Source: Candidatus Dormiibacterota bacterium
Lineage (GTDB): Bacteria > Chloroflexota > Dormibacteria > Aeolococcales > Aeolococcaceae
DNA: 64,000 nt
Direction of reading: 5' to 3'
NCBI GenBank assembly: GCA_963800175.1
Contig: CAWCZS010000002.1
Location: forward strand, 2,497,695-2,561,694
Positions 46,660-55,925 of this stretch are shown here, piece by piece; position 1 is the stretch's first letter; each line of letters begins with the position of its first letter. Under the pieces are notes generated by a model. That model did no database searches. It was not told the DNA's origin and was given only the letters and a program-made list of their open reading frames with translations. The position numbers and the translations under genes were made by a program.

Positions 46660-47508
46660 ATGGAGGAGAGCCGCAAGGTGTTAGCCGTCGAGCGGCGCTT
46701 GAAGGTCCTGGAGCGAGTTGCTGAGGATCAGGCCATCGAGGTCGGGACTCTTGCGCGCGACTTCCAGGTTTCGGAGATGACCATCCGGCGCGATCTTCGC
46801 CGCCTCGAACGCGACGGTTTCGTCCGGAGGACGTATGGGGGCGCCACGACGCATCTTGTCCGGAGCTTCGAAGTGGGCGCCAACGCTCGCACCTTGCACC
46901 ACGCGCGCGAGAAGCGGCTCATCGCCAAGCGCGCCGCGGAGCTCACGGTCGGCGTGCGTGCGATGTTCCTCGGGATCGGGACCACGGTCGAACATTTCGC
47001 CCGGCTGCTCCCGGTTCGCGACGACCTCATGGTGATCACCCCATCGCTTGCGGTGGCGAGCCTGCTCGGCACGCGCAACGTCCGGGTGATCATCGCGGGC
47101 GGCCTCGTCCGCCAGGACGAGCTGACCTGCATCGGTGCATCCGCGGTCGAGGCTGTCCGCCGCTACAACACCGACACGGCAGTGATCGGCGCGGCCGGTC
47201 TCTCGGCGCGCCGCGGCATCACCGAGCTTGACGACCGCGACGCCGACGTGATCCGCGGCGGCCTCGAGCGCACGGAACGGATCATCGTGATCGCCGACGG
47301 CTCGAAATTCGGGGCGGTGGCGATGAGCACTGTGGTGCCGATCGAACAGGTCGCGACGGTCGTGACCGACATCAGTGCCGACGCCGAGGAGATCGAGCGA
47401 ATCGAACAGGCCGGCATCGAGGTGGTGATCGCCGGCACCGACCCCGCATTGGTTCGCGGTCCCGAGAACGGCCGCTCACGACTCACTGACGTTCGCAGGC
47501 CGGCATGA
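46660..47508 (+). CDS. DeoR-family transcriptional regulator
   Basis: N-terminal HTH (VGTLARDFQVSEMTIRRDLRRLERDG) plus a DeoR C-terminal sugar-phosphate sensor domain. Confidence 0.9.
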   Translation: MEESRKVLAVERRLKVLERVAEDQAIEVGTLARDFQVSEMTIRRDLRRLERDGFVRRTYGGATTHLVRSFEVGANARTLHHAREKRLIAKRAAELTVGVRAMFLGIGTTVEHFARLLPVRDDLMVITPSLAVASLLGTRNVRVIIAGGLVRQDELTCIGASAVEAVRRYNTDTAVIGAAGLSARRGITELDDRDADVIRGGLERTERIIVIADGSKFGAVAMSTVVPIEQVATVVTDISADAEEIERIEQAGIEVVIAGTDPALVRGPENGRSRLTDVRRPA

Positions 47509-48321
47509 CCCTGCTCCGGCGGATCTTCGGCGTTGACAAGCCGATCATCGCGATGCTGCACCTCCCGGCCATGCCCGGGCCGCCCGCGTCACAACCGAGA
47601 GCTCGGGATGCGGCTCCTGGTCGAGACCGTGGAACGCGACCTCGAGTCGCTGCAGGCGGCGGGAGTCGACGGGTTCCTCTTCTGCAATGAAGCAGACCTC
47701 CCCTACCAGATGCAGGTCGGACCCGAAGTGGCGGCGGGGATGGCAGCGGTCATCGGTCAGGTGCGCGACCTGATCACACGCCCGTTCGGCGTCGACCTCG
47801 TCTGGGACCCGATGGCGAGCCTCGCAGTCGCGCGAGCAACCGGAGCTTCCTTCGTCCGCGAGGTCTTCACCGGTGTCTTCGAGAGTGACCTCGGAATGAT
47901 GCAACCCGACTTCGGGACGATCGCCGCCTATCGTGAGCAGATCGGCGCCGCAGGGGTGGCGATGTTCAGCAACATCACGCCGGAGTTCGCCAGCAGCGTC
48001 GGCAGCCGGTCGATCGCCGCCCGGGCACAGAGCGCCGCCTACCTCGGCGTCGACGCAATCCTCATCAGCGGGCAGCTCACCGGTACGGCAACGGACATCT
48101 CGGAGCTCGCCGAAGCCAAGAACGCGGTTCCCGAGATGCCGGTCCTCGCCAACACCGGGGTTCGCGAGGAGACGGTCGACGAGATTCTCGCCATCGCCGA
48201 CGGCGTCTTCGTCGGCACCAGTCTCAAGCGAGACGGCGTCACCTGGAACCCTGTCGACCCCGAGCGCGCCGGGCGATTCATGAGCGCAGTGCAACGCGCC
48301 CGCGCGGCGGTTCCCGCCTGA
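47505..48321 (+). CDS. BtpA/SgcQ family TIM-barrel protein, copy 1; apparent +1 indel near 47579
   Basis: MTLLRRIFGVDKPIIAMLHLPAMPG (ORF 47505..) joins RPRHNRELG... (ORF 47533..48321). It aligns end to end with the intact copy at 52652. There is an ATGA overlap with the DeoR stop. Confidence 0.8.
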
Positions 48322-48322
48322 C

Positions 48323-49273
48323 ATGGCCAAAACGCGGATCTATTTCGTCAGTGATCTGCACGGGTCGAGCGTGTGCTTCCGCAAGTTCATCAACGCGGCC
48401 AGGATCTACGAGGCGAAGGTGATGATCCTCGGCGGCGACGTGGCCGGCAAGGCGATTCAGTCGATCGTGCGAGCACCGGGCGGTCGCTGGAAGTGCCGGT
48501 TCATCGGCACCGACTACGACGTCGTCGAGGGGCCCGAACTGACGGCCCTCGAGAAGTTGATTGCCGATCACGGCTATTACGCGGTCCGCGCAGATCCGGG
48601 GGAGCTCGAAGCCAAAGAGGCGGCCGGCGGTCTCGACGACCTCTTTCTCGAGATGATGCGCGAGCGGCTCACCGAGTGGCTCGAGCTTGCCGACGCCCGG
48701 CTCCGACCGCTCGGCATCCCGCTGCATTTCATGCTCGGTAATGACGACCCCGAGGAGCTCGGAGCTCTGCTCGACACTGCTCCATGGGGGACGCACGGCG
48801 AAGGCAAGGTGGTCTGGCTCGATGACGAGCACGAGATGATCAGCTGCGGCTACTCGAACGTGACGCCATGGCACACGTATCGCGAGCAGGACGAGACGCA
48901 CTTACGCGCCTCGATCGACGCGATGGTGCCCAAGCTGGAGCATCCCGAGCGAGCCGTGTTCAACCTGCACGCGCCGCCATACGGCACGCAACTGGACGAG
49001 GCGCCACTCCTCGACGCGACGCTCACGGTGCAGGCGTCGCTCGGTCAGGTGCAGATGGCAGCCGTTGGGAGCACTGCGGTGCGAGACGCCGAGCAGACCT
49101 ATCAGCCGTTGCTGGGACTGCACGGCCACATCCACGAATCCTCGGGCATCCGGCGCATCGGCAGGACCGTCGTCCTCAATCCCGGCAGCGACTATTCGAC
49201 CGGAGCGCTCAACGGCGCGCTCATCACCCTCGACGGCGACAAGGTCAAGGCGCAGCAGCTGGTCCGCGGGTAA
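48323..49273 (+). CDS. Calcineurin-like metallophosphoesterase
   Basis: Motifs appear in canonical order: YFVSDLHGS, LGGDVAGK, MLGNDDP, NLHAPPYG, GLHGHIHES. Confidence 0.85.
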   Translation: MAKTRIYFVSDLHGSSVCFRKFINAARIYEAKVMILGGDVAGKAIQSIVRAPGGRWKCRFIGTDYDVVEGPELTALEKLIADHGYYAVRADPGELEAKEAAGGLDDLFLEMMRERLTEWLELADARLRPLGIPLHFMLGNDDPEELGALLDTAPWGTHGEGKVVWLDDEHEMISCGYSNVTPWHTYREQDETHLRASIDAMVPKLEHPERAVFNLHAPPYGTQLDEAPLLDATLTVQASLGQVQMAAVGSTAVRDAEQTYQPLLGLHGHIHESSGIRRIGRTVVLNPGSDYSTGALNGALITLDGDKVKAQQLVRG

Positions 49274-49278
49274 CCAGA

Positions 49279-50841
49279 GTGGCAACGTCCACCCAGCACA
49301 CCGATACGCTCGTGTCCATCGACGTCGGCACGTCGGGCGCGCGCGCAACCGCGTACGACACAGCGGGAACGCTGCTGCTCGAAGTGCGCCGGCCGTACGT
49401 CACGAGCACGCCACGCGACGGATGGGCGGAACAGGACGCCGCCAGCTGGAGATCGTCGTCACTGTCGGCGCTGGGCGCACTCATCAAACAACTCGGCGAA
49501 CGGCACACCATCCACGCAATCGGGCTCACCGGCCAGTGCCCGTCGGTCGTCCCGCTCGATGCGCACGGCACGCCGCTCCGCCCCGGCCTCATCTACCGCG
49601 ACAACCGAGCGGTCGCGGAAGCCGAGATGCTCAACGCTGCGTTCGGCGCGGAGGCGCTGCATACGTTGACCGGTCACGTGCCCGCCGCATTTCACGTGGC
49701 CGCGAAGATTCTCTGGATCCGAGCCAACGAGCCTGACGTCTTCAGGGCGACCCGGCTCTTCGCGCAGCCGACCGAGCTCATCGCGCTGACGCTCACCGGC
49801 GAAGCCGTCACCGACTGGTCGATGGCCGCCGCAAGCGCGCTGCTCAATCTCCGCGAACGCCGGTGGGCTCCGGAGCTCGTTGCGTACGTGGGTCTCGAGA
49901 TGGACCAACTCCCCGTCCCGAATCCGTCGTGGAGTGTCGTGGGCACGCTCCGCCCCGGACTCGTGCGTCGCTTCGGGCTGTCGACGTCGATTCCCGTTGT
50001 CGCGGGCGCCGGCGACAGCATCGCCTGCGCCCTCGGAGCCGGGGTCACATCGCCCGGCCCGGTGAGCGAGATGGCGGGAAGCTCCACGTGCATCAACACG
50101 GTGGTGAGCGAACCAACCCCGGATCTGGCGGTGACCCACTACCCGAGCGCGGTCGATCCTGATGGGTATGTGACCGAGGTCGGCATCAACACCGCGGGTG
50201 AGGCCCTCGACTGGCTTGCGACATTGACCTATGGCGGTCGCAGCGGGCGCCTCCGCCCGGCGGATTTCGAGCAACTCGACCGGGAAACGTCGGCGGTCTC
50301 GCCAGGGTCCAACGGACTCACGTTCGTTCCGGTCCTCGGTGATGGTGAACGTGACGATCCGACGTTGCGCGGCGCGGCGATCGGCCTCTCGGTGCGTCAT
50401 GACAGGAGTGCGCTCGCGAGAGCGGTGATGGAGGGCGTCGCCTTCGCGATCCGCGCCCACGTCGACAGTCTCGGCGAATCAACGACACCCGCAACCGAGA
50501 TGCGCGTCTCGGGCCGGCCCGCGTCACTGCGCACGTGGAACCACATCAAGGCGGACGTACTCGGGATCCCGGTGTCGCGCGTGGCCGGTGACGCGACCAC
50601 GTCCGGCGTCGCCATGCTCGCGGGAATCGGTGTCGGCATCTACCCGGATGCGGCGTCCGCGATCGCGGTGGCCTGCCGCCCCGAACCGGCGATCGAGCCG
50701 GATATGGCCAACTACGACAGATACACGCAGTTGTACGAGCACTACCGTACAGTCGTCGCTTCGGCGACGCTTCACGGAGGGTCCGGCGCTGCGCCACCGA
50801 GCGAGACAGGATCGAAACGCAATCCGGGAGGGCGCGCATGA
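49279..50841 (+). CDS. FGGY-family carbohydrate kinase
   Basis: GTG start inside ORF 48868..50841. Motifs include LVSIDVGTSGARA, GWAEQD, AGAGDSIACALGAG and GSSTCIN. Confidence 0.85.
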   Translation: MATSTQHTDTLVSIDVGTSGARATAYDTAGTLLLEVRRPYVTSTPRDGWAEQDAASWRSSSLSALGALIKQLGERHTIHAIGLTGQCPSVVPLDAHGTPLRPGLIYRDNRAVAEAEMLNAAFGAEALHTLTGHVPAAFHVAAKILWIRANEPDVFRATRLFAQPTELIALTLTGEAVTDWSMAAASALLNLRERRWAPELVAYVGLEMDQLPVPNPSWSVVGTLRPGLVRRFGLSTSIPVVAGAGDSIACALGAGVTSPGPVSEMAGSSTCINTVVSEPTPDLAVTHYPSAVDPDGYVTEVGINTAGEALDWLATLTYGGRSGRLRPADFEQLDRETSAVSPGSNGLTFVPVLGDGERDDPTLRGAAIGLSVRHDRSALARAVMEGVAFAIRAHVDSLGESTTPATEMRVSGRPASLRTWNHIKADVLGIPVSRVAGDATTSGVAMLAGIGVGIYPDAASAIAVACRPEPAIEPDMANYDRYTQLYEHYRTVVASATLHGGSGAAPPSETGSKRNPGGRA

Positions 50842-51755
50842 AGGTCAACCTCGGCATCAATACGTGCTTTGCGCTCAAGCGCTGGCCGCGTCCCGCGGAC
50901 TGGGCGTCCATCGTGCGCAACGATCTCGGTCTGGATCTCGTCGAACTGTCCCTCGACCTCATCGAGGGCACGGAGACATTCGGCGGCGGGCGCGATGCCG
51001 TGGAGCGTCATCGGACGGCGCTCGACGCCAACGGTCTGCGGGCGCACGCAACCTTCACGGGACTGTCGGCGTACTCACTCGATCTGCTCATGCATCCGGA
51101 CCAGGCGCGCCGTGAGTTGGCGCTCGACTGGTACCGGACGGTCATCGACCTGACGGCATCGCTCGGAGCCCGCGCGACGGGCGGTCACGTGGGCGCGATG
51201 AGCGTTCCGGACTGGAACGTTCCCGAGCGCCGCGCCGAACGCTGGGCCGGCCTGAAGCGGGATCTCGAGACGATCGCGGGGCACGCGAGCATGGCCGGGC
51301 TCGACTACCTGCTCATCGAAAACCTCGTGTCGGTCCGCGAGCCGTCAACGATGGCGCGCATCGAGAACCTTCTGAGCGACGGCGACGCCGACCATGTTCC
51401 CTGGCGGCTGTGCCTCGATGTCGGTCATCAGTGTGTCCCGGGCACCGAGGGGGATGAGCGCGACCCGTACGCATGGTTGCGGCGTTTCGGCAGCCGCCTC
51501 GTCGAGGTCCAGCTGCAGCAGTCCGACGGAATCGCCGACCACCACTGGGCGTTCACCGCGGAGCACAACGCGATCGGCCTCATCGAACCGACGAAAGTGC
51601 TGGAGACACTCGATGCTTCGGGCGCGGGCACGGTGGACCTGATCTTCGAGATCATTCCCGGCTTCGAGGATCCGGACGGCCAGGTGATCGCCGATCTGCT
51701 GGTCTCCGTCGAGCTCTGGCGCAGCGCAATCGATGCGTACGGGCTCGGGAGCTAG
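50838..51755 (+). CDS. Sugar phosphate isomerase/epimerase (xylose-isomerase-like TIM barrel)
   Basis: AP_endonuc_2-type pattern (LGINTCF..., YLLIENL, CLDVGHQ). There is an ATGA overlap with the kinase stop. Confidence 0.75.
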   Translation: MKVNLGINTCFALKRWPRPADWASIVRNDLGLDLVELSLDLIEGTETFGGGRDAVERHRTALDANGLRAHATFTGLSAYSLDLLMHPDQARRELALDWYRTVIDLTASLGARATGGHVGAMSVPDWNVPERRAERWAGLKRDLETIAGHASMAGLDYLLIENLVSVREPSTMARIENLLSDGDADHVPWRLCLDVGHQCVPGTEGDERDPYAWLRRFGSRLVEVQLQQSDGIADHHWAFTAEHNAIGLIEPTKVLETLDASGAGTVDLIFEIIPGFEDPDGQVIADLLVSVELWRSAIDAYGLGS

Positions 51756-51759
51756 CCGG

Positions 51760-52581
51760 ATGCCCACCGTTCATGCGAACGGCCTCGACCTCCACTACCG
51801 CATCAGCGGTGACGGTCCGGACGACGTCCTGCTCATCAACGGAGTTGGGGACGACCTCACGGGCTGGGCGATGCAGGTTGATCCGTTTGTCGCGGCCGGG
51901 CTTCGCGTGATCACGTTCGACAACCGCGGTTGTGGGCGCTCGTCGTTTCCGCCTGGCCCGTACACCAGCCGCGAGATGGCTGCGGATACCAAAGGGCTCG
52001 CCGCCGCGTTGGGCCTCACACGATTCCACCTGGTCGGCGTGTCGATGGGCGGCGTGATCGCTCAGGAGTACGCGCTGTCGTATCCCGAGGACCTGCTCTC
52101 GGTCGTGCTCGCGAACACGTACGCCAGTCCGGACGCATATACACGCGCCGCGTTCGACTCCTGGGCCGAGGTCGCCGAGTTGGGTGGGATGGCGCTGATG
52201 ATGCGTCAGCAGGCGCCGTGGGTTTTCAGTCCCGCCTTCTACGATGCGCACCCCGAGCAGCTCGCTGCCACCCTCGTGGAGATGGAGCGGAGCTCTCAGC
52301 CCGCATGGTCGTTCGCGGCGCAGATCGCAGCGCTCGTCACGCACGATTGCACGGCACGCCTCGGTGCCTTGCAGACGCCGGCACTCGTGATCGCGTCCGA
52401 CGATGACATCATCATCCGGCTGTCGCTCTCGCACCGCATGTACGAGGAGCTGCCGCACGGATCGTGGGCAATCGTGCCGGGCGGCCATGCCGCTTTCGTG
52501 GAAAATCCCGACCCGTGGAATCGAGCCGTTATTGAGTTCATTGATCAGCACCGCGCACAGCACCGCGAGGCGGTGGTGTGA
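51760..52581 (+). CDS. Alpha/beta hydrolase
   Basis: MPTVHANGLDLHYRISGDG, FDNRGCGRS, nucleophile elbow GVSMGG, and a C-terminal GGHA. Confidence 0.85.
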   Translation: MPTVHANGLDLHYRISGDGPDDVLLINGVGDDLTGWAMQVDPFVAAGLRVITFDNRGCGRSSFPPGPYTSREMAADTKGLAAALGLTRFHLVGVSMGGVIAQEYALSYPEDLLSVVLANTYASPDAYTRAAFDSWAEVAELGGMALMMRQQAPWVFSPAFYDAHPEQLAATLVEMERSSQPAWSFAAQIAALVTHDCTARLGALQTPALVIASDDDIIIRLSLSHRMYEELPHGSWAIVPGGHAAFVENPDPWNRAVIEFIDQHRAQHREAVV

Positions 52582-52651
52582 ACGAGAGAAAGGAATCCAG
52601 CCGTACGCGAAGTACCTATTTCCACCGCAAAGCGGTGTGTGAGGAGAAGGG

Positions 52652-53467
52652 ATGACTATGTCGCTGGAGCGGCGATTCGGCACCCCGAAGCCGGTGATCG
52701 CCATGCTGCACTTCCCGGGGCTGCCGGGCCGGCCCCGTCACAATCGCGAGCTCGGACGAAGCCACCTCGTCGACGTGGTCGGCCGTGATCTGGAAACACT
52801 GCAGGGCGCGGGCGTCGACGGTGTGCTCTTCTGCAATGAGAACGACATCCCCTATCAGCTCGTGGTCGGGCCGGAGATTCCCGCGGCAATGGCGGCGGTC
52901 ATCGGGGAGTTGCGGGCATCGGTTCGGGTCCCCTTCGGCGTGAACATCCTCTGGGACGCGAAAGCAACGCTCGCCGTCGCTCGCGCGACGGGTGCGACCT
53001 TCATCCGCGAGGTGCTCACGGGCGTGTTCGAGAGTGACCTCGGTCTGATCGCGCCGTCCATCGGCGACCTCGCCGGCTACCGCACCGCGATCGGCGCCGA
53101 CGATGTCGCCCTCTTCGACAACATCGCGCCGGAATTCAGCAGCGTGCTCGGGAGCCGCACCATCGGGGATCGCGCCCGCAGCGCGGCATTCCTCGGAGTG
53201 GACGCAATCCTCATCTCCGGCCCCGCCGCCGGCATGCCCTTCGCCATGAGCGATCTGAGTGCTGCCAAGAACGCGGTGCCCGATCTGCCCGTGTTTGCCA
53301 ATACCGGCGTCAATGCAGACCGGTTGGAGGAGATCCTCACCGTGGCCGACGGCGTCATCGTCGGCACCAGCCTGAAGGTCGATGGCGACACCTGGAGCCG
53401 CGTCGATCCGGCACGCGCCGAGCGCCTCATGGACACGGCCCGGGCGATACGCTCACGTGCTGCATGA
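52652..53467 (+). CDS. BtpA/SgcQ family TIM-barrel protein, copy 2 (intact)
   Basis: KPVIAMLHFPGLPGRPRHNRELG...VFESDLG...FLGVDAILISG...ANTGV...ADGVIVGTSLK. It is a paralogue of the copy at 47505..48321. Confidence 0.85.
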   Translation: MTMSLERRFGTPKPVIAMLHFPGLPGRPRHNRELGRSHLVDVVGRDLETLQGAGVDGVLFCNENDIPYQLVVGPEIPAAMAAVIGELRASVRVPFGVNILWDAKATLAVARATGATFIREVLTGVFESDLGLIAPSIGDLAGYRTAIGADDVALFDNIAPEFSSVLGSRTIGDRARSAAFLGVDAILISGPAAGMPFAMSDLSAAKNAVPDLPVFANTGVNADRLEEILTVADGVIVGTSLKVDGDTWSRVDPARAERLMDTARAIRSRAA

Positions 53468-53521
53468 GCCGGCGATAACGACTGTCAGCGGAGTGCGGTC
53501 AATGCGGATGAGAAGGAGCGC

Positions 53522-55207
53522 ATGAGGATGGAGTTCAGAACCGCCCGCGACTTCCTGCTCGCGCATCGAGCGAACTACGAAACCGCCTACCGCGACTTCG
53601 AGTGGCCGAACCCGGAGCACTTCAACTGGGCGCTCGACTGGTTCGACGTCATCGCTGCCGGCAACGACCGGCCGGCGCTCTGGATCATCGATGACGACGA
53701 CACGGAGATACGCCTCTCGTTCGCCGAGATGAGCGCGCGATCTGACACGCTGGCTTCGTGGCTGCGCGAGCAGGGCGTGCACCGCGGCGACCGCGTGCTG
53801 CTGATGCTCGGCAACCAGCTTGCCCTGTGGGAGTGCATGCTCGCGCTCACAAAGCTGGGCGCCGTGATGATCCCGTCGACCACACTCCTGACCCCGGCTG
53901 ACCTCGCGGATCGCGTCGAGCGCGGTGGTGTGACCCAGGTCATCGCCGAGTCGGCTCTCGTCGGGCAGTTCGCCGGCATCGCGGGAACCTTCACGCGAAT
54001 CGCCGTCGGCGAGCCGGTGGATGGGTGGCTGCATTACGACGATTTCAGAAGCGGCGGCACGGCATTCACACCCGACGGCCCCACGCCGGCGAGCGACCCG
54101 CTCTTCCTCTATTTCACTTCCGGAACGACCGCGCAACCGAAGCTCGTCGAGCACACACAGGTGAGCTACCCGATCGGTCATCTCTCGACGATGTACTGGC
54201 TCGGGCTTCGTCCCGGCGACGTCCACCTCAACGTCGCGTCGCCTGGCTGGGCGAAGCATGCATGGAGCAATTTCTTCGCGCCGTGGAACGCCGAGGCGTG
54301 CGTGCTCATCCTCAACGCATCGCGCTTTTCCGCACGGCGACTGCTCGACACGCTGACACGCTGCTCGGTCACAACGCTGTGCGCGCCGCCGACGGTATGG
54401 CGCATGGTGATTCAGGAGGACCTGACCGCATGGCACCCGTCGCTCCGTGAAGTGGTGAGCGCGGGCGAGCCGCTCAACCCGGAGGTCATCGAGCAGGTGC
54501 GGCGCGCGTGGGGCCTCACCATTCGCGACGGTTACGGGCAGACGGAGACCACCGCGCAGATCGGCAACCCGCCCGACCAACCGCTCAAGCTCGGATCGAT
54601 GGGTCGCCCACTCCCCGGCTACGTGATCGACCTGATCGATCCCGCGACCGGTGTTCACGGCGAAACCGGCGAGATCTGCATCGACCTCGCAAAGCGACCG
54701 CTCGCCCTCATGGTCGGATACCGCGACAGCAGCGGACACGCCGCCGACGTGATGCGCGACGGCTTCTATCACACGGGCGACGTCGCCTCCCGCGACGAGG
54801 ACGGATACATCACGTACGTCGGCAGAGCCGACGACGTGTTCAAGTCGTCCGACTACCGGATCTCCCCGTTCGAGCTGGAGAGCGTCCTCATCGAGCACCC
54901 CGCGGTCGCCGAGGCTGCCGTCGTGCCATCACCGGATCCACTGCGCCTGTCGGTGCCCAAAGCGTTCATCACAGTCGGGGCGGGCTACGTCGCATCAGAG
55001 GAAGTCGCCCGCTCGATCTTCGCGCACACGAAGGCAAACCTTGCCGGCTACAAACGCATACGCCGCCTCGAGTTTTCGGAGCTGCCGAAAACGATCTCCG
55101 GAAAGATCCGCCGCGTCGACCTGCGCGCGCGTGAAGCTGCACTCCGTGAGCAGTCAGCGTCGGCACGCGCCGAAGGCGAGTACTGGGAAGAAGACTTTTC
55201 CGTCTGA
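53522..55207 (+). CDS. AMP-forming acyl-CoA synthetase (medium-chain/ACSM-like)
   Basis: Motifs include FTSGTTAQPK, DGYGQTET, YHTGD, GRADDVFKSSDYRISPFE and GKIRR. Confidence 0.85.
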   Translation: MRMEFRTARDFLLAHRANYETAYRDFEWPNPEHFNWALDWFDVIAAGNDRPALWIIDDDDTEIRLSFAEMSARSDTLASWLREQGVHRGDRVLLMLGNQLALWECMLALTKLGAVMIPSTTLLTPADLADRVERGGVTQVIAESALVGQFAGIAGTFTRIAVGEPVDGWLHYDDFRSGGTAFTPDGPTPASDPLFLYFTSGTTAQPKLVEHTQVSYPIGHLSTMYWLGLRPGDVHLNVASPGWAKHAWSNFFAPWNAEACVLILNASRFSARRLLDTLTRCSVTTLCAPPTVWRMVIQEDLTAWHPSLREVVSAGEPLNPEVIEQVRRAWGLTIRDGYGQTETTAQIGNPPDQPLKLGSMGRPLPGYVIDLIDPATGVHGETGEICIDLAKRPLALMVGYRDSSGHAADVMRDGFYHTGDVASRDEDGYITYVGRADDVFKSSDYRISPFELESVLIEHPAVAEAAVVPSPDPLRLSVPKAFITVGAGYVASEEVARSIFAHTKANLAGYKRIRRLEFSELPKTISGKIRRVDLRAREAALREQSASARAEGEYWEEDFSV

Positions 55208-55220
55208 GTCGCAGGACGCA

Positions 55221-55267
55221 GCGCAGCGCCGCGCAGCAGGAGGTGAGCTGCGCACGCAGCGCTGCGC
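55221..55267 (+). terminator. Nested GC-rich hairpin after the acyl-CoA synthetase gene, with a T5 run at 55284-55288
   Basis: gcgcagcgc (55221-29) pairs with gcgctgcgc (55259-67). The inner pair is gcgcagc (55231-37) with gctgcgc (55247-53). Confidence 0.5.
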
Positions 55268-55325
55268 ATGCGGAGCAGGGGAGTTTTTAGGTCTGACCTG
55301 AACGGGTGGTGACCCAGCGGAGCGG

Positions 55326-55432
55326 GAGGGGTGACCCGCGATCAGCGAATTTGGCAGCGCCCGAGCGAGTGCGACAATTTGCTTGCGCGAACGAGGGCGC
55401 TGACAAGCTGAGCACGTCGCGGGTCACCCCTC
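55326..55432. repeat. Perfect 16-bp inverted repeat (gaggggtgacccgcga / tcgcgggtcacccctc) enclosing ~75 bp with further internal pairing
   Basis: The arms are at 55326-55341 and 55417-55432. The inner pair is cagcgccc / gggcgctg. A third ggtgaccc copy is at ~55308. Confidence 0.7.
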
Positions 55433-55465
55433 TCGATCCGCGGCGCGCTGCGCTAGTTGCGAAGC

Positions 55466-55925
55466 TCAGACGTAAAAGCGGTACAACCCTTGGGCGATGC
55501 AGCAGGGCTTCTCGGCGCCCTCGCGCTCGATGACGAAGTCGACGACGATCTGCAGGCTGCCGTCCGTGACGGTTTCTACCGAGACTAGCGTGGCGCCTGT
55601 GCGTATCTTTGATCCAACCGGGACCGGAGATACAAAGCGCACCTTGTTCAGTCCGTAGTTGACGCCGAGGCGCACGCCATCGTAGTGCAGGATCTCGCTC
55701 CACATCGGCACGAGCAGCGAGAGCGTGAGGAAATCCGTGCGCGATAGGCGTTCCGAAGGGACCGGCTTCAGCGCGTTCGGGATCGACGTGGATCCACTGG
55801 TGATCGTCTGTAGCGTCGGCGAACGTGTTGATCTGCTCTTGCGTGATCTCCCGCCAGGACGAGTACCCAAGGGGCTTGCCGATCAGGGCGGTCAACTCGT
55901 CGACGCTTGTGACGGTCGTGGTCAC
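55466..55925 (-). CDS. MaoC-like (R)-specific enoyl-CoA hydratase; apparent +1 indel near 55730
   Basis: The GTG start is preceded by GAGGAG. VTTTVTSVDEL...TDDHQWIHVDPERAEAGPFGTPIAHGF joins LTLSLLVPMW...VRFVSPVPVGSKIR (ORF 55466..55870). Confidence 0.8.
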
